Positions 57,196-64,000 of a DNA stretch of 64,000 nucleotides are shown here, piece by piece; position 1 is the first letter of the stretch, and each line of letters starts with the position of its first letter. The position numbers and the translations under genes were made by a program. Location of the stretch: assembly GCF_009914755.1 (NCBI RefSeq), contig NC_060934.1. One strand, given 5' to 3'. The notes beneath the pieces were generated by a model, which made no database searches, was not told where the DNA came from, and saw nothing but the letters and a program-made list of their open reading frames with translations. This DNA comes from the human T2T-CHM13v2.0 reference genome, Homo sapiens.

Positions 57196-57884
57196 ATCCA
57201 GACTGATTTCTTCCAGACTGATCTCTAGGCTGCTCATGTGAAGGGGGAGCGAAGGCAGAGCTAACATTTTGGGGTTTCCTCATGCTCATTTCTTACCTCT
57301 TCTCTCTTGTCTCAGGGTTCCTCAGGGAACCCGCAGTGTGGACACCTTCAGGAGGTTTTTGTCTAAGGATTTGGGGGCGGGTGAACTGAATCCCGCAGGA
57401 AAGCAGGAGTGAGAGGGGAAGGGACTGCGGCCAAGGTGAGCCTGTCCATCTGCAGGAGCCTTGCAAGGGGCAGAGTGGATTTGGAGAGACACAACAGGCT
57501 CTCTTGAGCCAGGAAGGCTTCCTGCTCCTGCTAATGCCATAAAGCCCACCATTAGGGAGCCATTCCTTTGGGTTTTTATACTTTTGATTCTTCAAAAGGT
57601 AACGTGCTCCTGGGAAGCCTCACATCTTACCCAGGTTATTGGGTCATGACTTGGGTGAGGGTCTGCCCCTGCCAGGAAGTTAGAGAGCAGGGGCCCGGTG
57701 AGGATCAGGGCCAGGGAAACCAAGCTGGGGTGATGCTGGGGTGGGGAAGGGAAGGGGAGGATGCCAGCAGCATACACTCCTGTGGGAGCAGCGGAGAGGC
57801 TGGGATGTGTGTGTGCATCCATAAGGGGACTGGATTTAGGGGCTCGGGGAGCCATAGGTCAGAGACATGGCTGAGATGATGTTC

Positions 57885-58190
57885 CTGTTAGTATCATCAC
57901 AGGGGCTTCACACAGTCAAGGCTCACACAAAATGCAAATTGGGTGACTCTCTGGATACCTGCCTGCCACGTGGTAATCCAGCGATCCACCTGCTTCAGTC
58001 CCATGACTCTGCTGCTGTCTCAACATGTTGCCTCTAGAATCCACCGTGGCACAGGGAGGAGGGGTGGAGAGAAGCACCTCTGCTCCCCCACACCTTAGCT
58101 GGGAGGTGACACAGGTCATTTCCTCCTGTGGCCCATTGGCCAGACCTAGTGCATGGCCCCCCTGAAGTGCCAGGGGACTGGAAAATGAGG
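57885..58190 (-). mobile_element. ERVL-MaLR solo LTR (MLT1-type)
   Basis: ggaggtgacacaggtcatttcc..cccattggccagacctagtgcatggcccc. Confidence 0.6.
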
Positions 58191-58309
58191 GGTTGCTCGA
58201 GATTCTCAGGGAGTGGGTGGCCGGGCAGGACCTGTGGTGTTCAGTCTGCAGCGCGTCTGCCCACATTCCCGTTCTGTCCTTACCCCAGTCTGGCCCTATC
58301 GTTTCTGCA

Positions 58310-59005
58310 GCAGTTTATTCAACAAGCACTTAAGCCAGGCTGTACTCTGGGAGGACAGTGGTGAGCAGGATGCAGACACTGCTGTCCGGGTCGGACGGGG
58401 GCTAGACTAACATCAGCCAACCCATCTCGAAAGTGAGGCCCAGCACAGGCTGCTCTGAAGGCCTGTTGGAGCCTGGGCTGTTGGAGAGGCATTGAGGTGG
58501 CTGCTGCATTGGAGCTGAGACTTGAGGGACAACTTGGATGTGAGGATGGAGGAGTGTTTCCAGTGAGGAGGGCAGAGGAACAAAGGTATGAAGGCAAGAT
58601 GGAGCAGGACCTGCTGCACACATCAGGGATGGCGTCCAGGACCTGTGAGCCAGGAGCCACTGCTGGGGCTGGTGAGGAAACGGATGGGGTCAGGATACTG
58701 AGTGCAGAGAAGGCTGGAGGAGCCAGGATGAGTGTAGGGAGACTGGATGGGGGCGGCTGTGTGGTCTCGGCTCACACAAGAAGAAGGACATGATGGAGAT
58801 GGGTTATATTTGGGGGTGGACTCGATAGCATTTGCCAAAGGAATGATATGAGGGAGATGGAAGAATCTAGGATGGCTCCCAGTGTCTGGTTTTTGGAGCT
58901 GGACAGGTAGTGATGTCTTCCACGGACCCCTTCGGAGGAAAATGGAAGTTCCATTTTAGACTTGCTGGCTTTGGGTATCCAAGTGGATGTGTTGAGATGG
59001 CTTTG
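58310..59005 (-). mobile_element. L2 relic
   Basis: tttattcaacaagcactta..; aggatggctcccagtgtctgg..aagttccattttagacttgctg..tatccaagtgga. Confidence 0.55.
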
Positions 59006-60139
59006 TGAAAATCTGCAGCCTGACAGCCTGGGAAACTTGGGGTGGGGTTGAGGTTGGGAAAGGGGACTTTGAGATCCCTGGGGAGCCCCATTTCCCGTTG
59101 CCCAGCTGTGGCCTGGGTGGCAGCCCCATTTTCATGGCTGGAGGGCTGGAACTTTGCTCTGCTCATGGATGCACTGGCTTATCCTGGGTGTCTGCAGGGC
59201 CCCAGCACAGTCACCGGCACCCTGCTAAACAGATTCATTAAAAGGGAGGGAGTTCCCTGCCTCCAGAGGGTGCAGAGCAGCCAGGATGAGCGAAGGGGTG
59301 AAGGCATTAACTGGGCCTTCCCTGGAACAGGCAGTCTGCTGCCAGCTCACAGCCACCCTTGGGAGTCAGGAAATGGGGAAAGGAGAGGTGTGTGATGGTG
59401 GGGGGAAAGGCAGGAGACCCCACATGGCCCCACCAAAGAGAACAGGGTTTGAGGCAGTGTCTAAATGGCGCCTCTTCTCAGGGTGCACGTGAGATAAGAG
59501 TGGCTGGGGCCCTGGGTGCCTTAGGCTAGGCTCACCTTCCACATCCCTCCCCTTTTGGGTGTCATTCAGCAGATAGTGTGGTCAGTACCAGCCTCTGTCT
59601 AAATGGTGGACAAATAGGTCCAGGTAGGAAAGCTTTTAAGTGCTGGAAGCTGGGAAATTACTGGACATGGCAAATGGGAGCAAAGGACTTCTTGGATCAG
59701 TTTCTCCTCCACAATTCCATCCTGAGCCAAGCTCCCAACATCTGGGGGCTTCCTCTCCTTCAGCTCGCAGAGCTAACCCTTGAGACGTGGCTGCGTGTGG
59801 GGTCCTGTGGGGCAGCCCTGAGTCTCGCACTGTGTGGGGTCCTCTTGCCTACATGGGTGACTGAGCCCCTGCCAGCCCACAGCAGCGGGCTTGTGTGGCA
59901 TCTGCTTTAGGTCAGCTTCCTGCTGAGTGGCCAGGAGAGCCTGGGCTGCAAAGGGTGGGGGGAGTCGGGGCTGGCGTGAGTGTGAGTCCTCTTCCCACCC
60001 TCCCCGTCCAGAGCATCAGGAGCCTGACTGAGGCCCTTCGCAATGAGGGCCTGGCCAAGTCCCTGGTGGCGGTCCCCATTCTGTGATTCGCCATCCCCAT
60101 GACCATAGCGGGCTTCCAGGTATGAGGCCCACTGCCAAA

Positions 60140-60285
60140 GCCTTCCCCCACCTTCCTTCCTCCTTTCTGCCTTCCCTCTCTTTCTTCCTTGCTCCCTTCG
60201 TCACTTTCTTCCTCCCTCCTTTTCTCCCTCTGTCTCTTTCCTTCCCCTTCTCTCCTTTCTCCCTTTGCATTTCTTTATTCCCTCT
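60140..60285. repeat. CT-rich low-complexity tract
   Basis: Direct reading. Confidence 0.85.
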
Positions 60286-62644
60286 AGTATTGAACTTCCA
60301 AAGTAGAGTTCCCTGTCATAAAGGACCTCAGGTCCCAGAATCCCTTGCAGGTCTACCCCTCCCCACCTACCTGGACCCCTGCCCCAACAAAGATACCTCT
60401 CTATCTTCTTCTTCTTAGCATAGGACTGCTTTAAAGTTGATGCCAGAAGTTTCTTGACCCTTGGGAAGCCTCCTGTTCTCTAGGCCATAGTGGACACCTG
60501 AGGTTGGGGGGACAGGCCCCATAGGAATGGGAGAGGCTGCCTCCTCCACCCCATTGGTGGGGGTGTGCCAGTGCTCAGGACCACCTGTGGGGGCACTGGA
60601 CTGCTGGGCAGGTGGAGGGGTTAGGGGTATCATCAATGCTGCTGGGCTGGTTTGTTTCAGATCTCTTGCCTCCAAAAAGACCTGGGGGCACTTAGCAGGA
60701 AAAGCCGAGTGCGAATGGAGACACAGGAGGATAAAATATTGTGGCTCATCCGGAGGAAGCAGAGGGATTAGGTGGTGTCAGGTGCCCGAGTTGAGCGGAT
60801 TACAACATTTGGGGCATTGCATTTGGCCCTAAGTTTTCTGACAGTTAAATCCAAAAGGGAGCCATCCTGAAGTGTTTCCAGGCAACAGAAAGCGTGCCCA
60901 TTAATCTGTAGAGCAGTTTTTCTCTGTGGAAGTAAATCTCCAGCAGGAATTGATCATGTGGGTCTTGGTACAAAGGACATTGAGAGGTGCAGTCAACAGC
61001 ATCTTCAGCTGCAGTTTTGCAGAAGATACAAAAATGCTGTTCAGTGGCCCGTCCTGGCGGATGGAGGCAGGGGTCTAACATTAAATCACAACTCAGCTGG
61101 GGCCTGGGTGCCAGTAAGGCTGGGGCCGGGGGCTTTGCCTTCTGGGAAGCTCCCTGGATGCCAGGCTGTCCTTAGGACTTGGTGACCCACCCCAGCATAA
61201 CTGTGCATTCACTCTCACCCTTCCAGGGGTGACGTTCAACATGCTCACTTACCTATCCAGCATGGGACACCCAAGCCCACAAGAGGCTGGTGGGGAGGGT
61301 TGAACTTTTTGGGGAGCAGGCCCAGGCAGCGGGGTGGGAGTGCCTAGGACAGCAGCTCTTTATCAATCTGCAGATGGTGTTGGACATTTTAACAACCAGT
61401 GTGGCTATTCTGGTGATTCCCAGCTGGGTCTCAACCCCGCCCCTCATCTTGCTCCTCACTTTGCCAGTCTCTCTGCCCTGTTCCCAGCCTCCCTCAAGAA
61501 CCCAGGCGAGCACCATCTCTCTTCTTCCACTCTGGCACTTTCCCCCACTAGCTCCCACGTGCAAGTGCGTCTTAATCACTGCAGTCATGGGATGAGGGAG
61601 AAGCTCCTCACCCTTTCCTGGGCCTTCGCCGTCCTAAGGGCTGGTCCCTGGGCTCAGCCTTTTAGGTGCATCAGCTGATTTAATCCTCCTAGTGGCCTGT
61701 GTGGTGGATGCAATCCTACACCCATTTTTCAGGTGGGGAACTGAGGCATAGAGAGTTTAAGTGCCAGTCCTGGGACTAGGTAATGCAAAAATCACTGTTT
61801 TGGTGTACATGCTCACACACATTTCCTGTGTTTCTGTGTTCACTCTCCCCCCACACACATGTTCACTCTCGCCCCACACACATGTGCCTGTGCACACACA
61901 CATGCCCCCTCACATGCACATTTTTACATCCTTGCTGCGGAGCCTTCAAAGGAGGTGCTGGGTCTTGTCCTCCAGCCCGAGCGCACCTGTGGAAATCATG
62001 GTTCTGGGATCCTCCCACCATTCCACACCTCCCACGGCCACAGCGTGCAGCTGTGGTCCCAGGGCCTGTATCTGGATGTGGGGGGTGAGGGCTTGAGGCA
62101 TGGTGGCCCCATTACTCACAGGTGGGAGGACGCGAGAACAGTCGAGCCGCTCTTAAATATCTCTCCACGTCGTCCTCATTAATAACTGTAATGCCAGCAT
62201 CATTTGCTCTTAAATAGCTTCATTTATCAACAAGCAATTTGCCGTGGCGAGGTGGTAGGGACGCAGATAAGCAGACAGGGCCAAAGTGCTTGCAAGACAC
62301 CTGCCAAGTACCGTCCTCTCTCTTCCTCCATCTCCCAGGGGAGCAGGAGAAAGAGGAGGCAGCGGCAGGAAACTTAACAGGAGGTGTTCCTCCAACCCAG
62401 AGAGGGGCCGCAGGATCACCTTTTTCCAGACTCAGAGGAGCTGGGCAGCACAGGACAGGCTGGCTGCTGGGGAGGCTGGCACTCCCTGGGCCCCGGCGTT
62501 TGTGTGGCACTCAGGGAATGCTCTGACAGCTCTTTCAGCCGCGTGCAGGACTGAGAGTCAGGAGGTCAGAGCCCGGCCCTGCTCTGCCATCTCCTGGTGG
62601 TGACCTTGGGGGTGCCTTTGGACCACCCACTGTGTCATTTGTAA

Positions 62645-62840
62645 ACATTATCAGCAATGCTGGGCATCCTCTATCTTGTTTCTGATCTCAAAAGGACTGT
62701 GTCTAAAGTTTTTTTCATTAAGTGCAATGCCTGCTGTAGGTTTTTGGTATATACATTCTGTTGAGTTAAGGATGTTCCCTTCTATTCCTAGTTTGCTGGG
62801 GTTTTATTACAAATAGGTGTTGACTTTCTCCTATGCATTG
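62645..62840 (-). mobile_element. L1 ORF2 (RT-region) fragment inserted in a MIR
   Basis: gggcatcctctatcttgtttctgatctcaaaagg..ttaaggatgttcccttctattcctagtttgctg. Confidence 0.75.
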
Positions 62841-62904
62841 ATGTCTGTAAAATGGGGACTTGAATGAGCAACTTACATACAAGTTCATGTACACACTAAA
62901 GGGC

Positions 62905-63600
62905 TGTGTCATTTAGGAGTGTATTGGCTGCAAGTTACAGAAAATTGGCTGGCAGTGGTGTCCACAAATAGGGGTGTGTGTTTTTCTTTCTTTTCGTTTC
63001 TTTTTTCTTTTTTTTTTTTTTTTTTGTGGGACGGAGTCTTGCTCTGTCACCCAGGCTGGAGGGCAGTGGTGCGATCTCGGCTTACGGCAACCTCCGCCTC
63101 CCAGGTTCAAGTGATTCTCCTGCCTCAGCCTCCTGAGTAGCTGGGACTACAGGTATGTGCCACCATGCCCGGCTAATTTTTGTATTTTTAGTAGAGACGG
63201 GGTTTCACCGTGTTAGCCAGCATGGTCTTAATCTCCTGACCTCGTGATCCACCTGCCTCGGCTTCCCAAAGTGCTGGGATCACAGGAGTGAGCCACTGCG
63301 CCTGGCTGGGTGTGTGTTTTTCTTATAAAAAGTGGTCTGAAAGTTGGTGGTTGCAGAGTTGGTTGGCTCAGGGAATGAATGACACCATTAGAGACCTCAG
63401 CTTTTTCTGTCTTTGGCCATCCGTCCTGCATTGACCTTTTGTGCTCAGGCTGCCATGTCTGCGACATTCCAGGCAGGTGCAAGGGAGGAGGAGCTGAAAG
63501 CTCTTTGTTTGAGAGGATATTCCCACCTGCTCCCAAGCCAACTTCCCCTTCCATCTCATTGGCCAGAGTCAGCCAGGGCAGGTGAGGCTGTTTGACTGCC
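62905..63600 (-). mobile_element. ERVL-MaLR solo LTR (MLT1K/L-like) interrupted by Alu
   Basis: ttggctgcaagttacagaaaa..; acttccccttccatctcattggccagag. Confidence 0.6.
62989..63307 (-). mobile_element. Alu (AluSc/Sg-like), 17-bp TSD
   Basis: GGGTGTGTGTTTTTCTT at 62972-62988 and 63308-63324. Confidence 0.95.
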
Positions 63601-64000
63601 CCAGCCCAGCAATGATTCATGCCCCGAGGCAGGAGATGGTCCTACCTCCACTGGCTGTCTGAACAGATTGGGGCTGTGTGGGCAGAGAAGCAGTGTGGGG
63701 TGGGATGGGCGTGGTTGCCAGGTAGGCACATCTGCCATTGTGGGTGGTCATGCTGGAGTCCCTTACTCCAGATGGGTGTCATCCTGCCCTCAGGGTGCTC
63801 CAATTCTATGACAAAGCCACATTTGAACAGGAGGTTGTCCAGGCGTCTCAGTCTGAGATGCTCATGCCCAGCTGGCACTTGAGAAGCCACAGAGAAGTCT
63901 GACTTATCTTCCTGGGGGACTAATTTTATTTGCAAATGGATGGAGAAAGAAAAATTTTATATTAAAAGAAGCATCAATATATTATGGAGTAGAAGACAGA

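Noticed and set aside
60140-60290. Long pyrimidine tract ending in TAG as a 3' splice site
   Set aside because: Simple CT low-complexity sequence with no convincing partner donor

Overview
This is human (or very close great-ape) genomic DNA from inside CDH23 (cadherin-23, the Usher 1D/DFNB12 tip-link cadherin, 10q22.1), which is transcribed on the + strand. Only two coding exons are present. Exon 2 (17804-17875, ATG at 17809) encodes the signal peptide MGRHVATSCHVAWLLVLISGCW. Exon 3 (24298-24375) encodes GQVNRLPFFTNHFFDTYLLISEDTPV, the N-terminus of EC1. The rest is the 3' part of intron 1, all of intron 2 and the first ~40 kb of intron 3. These introns are filled with Alu, L1, L2, MIR, hAT-MER and MaLR/ERVL relics and simple repeats, plus several short unique AT-rich blocks dense in transcription-factor motifs. 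None of the long ORFs in the six-frame track looks like a real gene. I saw no prokaryotic-type system, RNA gene, CpG-island promoter or foreign insert. The best leads are hypotheses only: (1) an exon 2+3 circle of exactly 150 nt with no stop codon, bracketed by a sense/antisense Alu polarity flip; (2) a 120-nt poison pseudoexon with strong splice signals at 57316-57435; (3) a stop-containing cryptic exon next to a ~570-nt UG tract (TDP-43-type layout) at 44076; (4) a G-quadruplex motif covering the exon 3 donor; (5) a series of candidate otic/retinal enhancers in intron 3. Repeat boundaries and subfamily calls were made by eye and are approximate.
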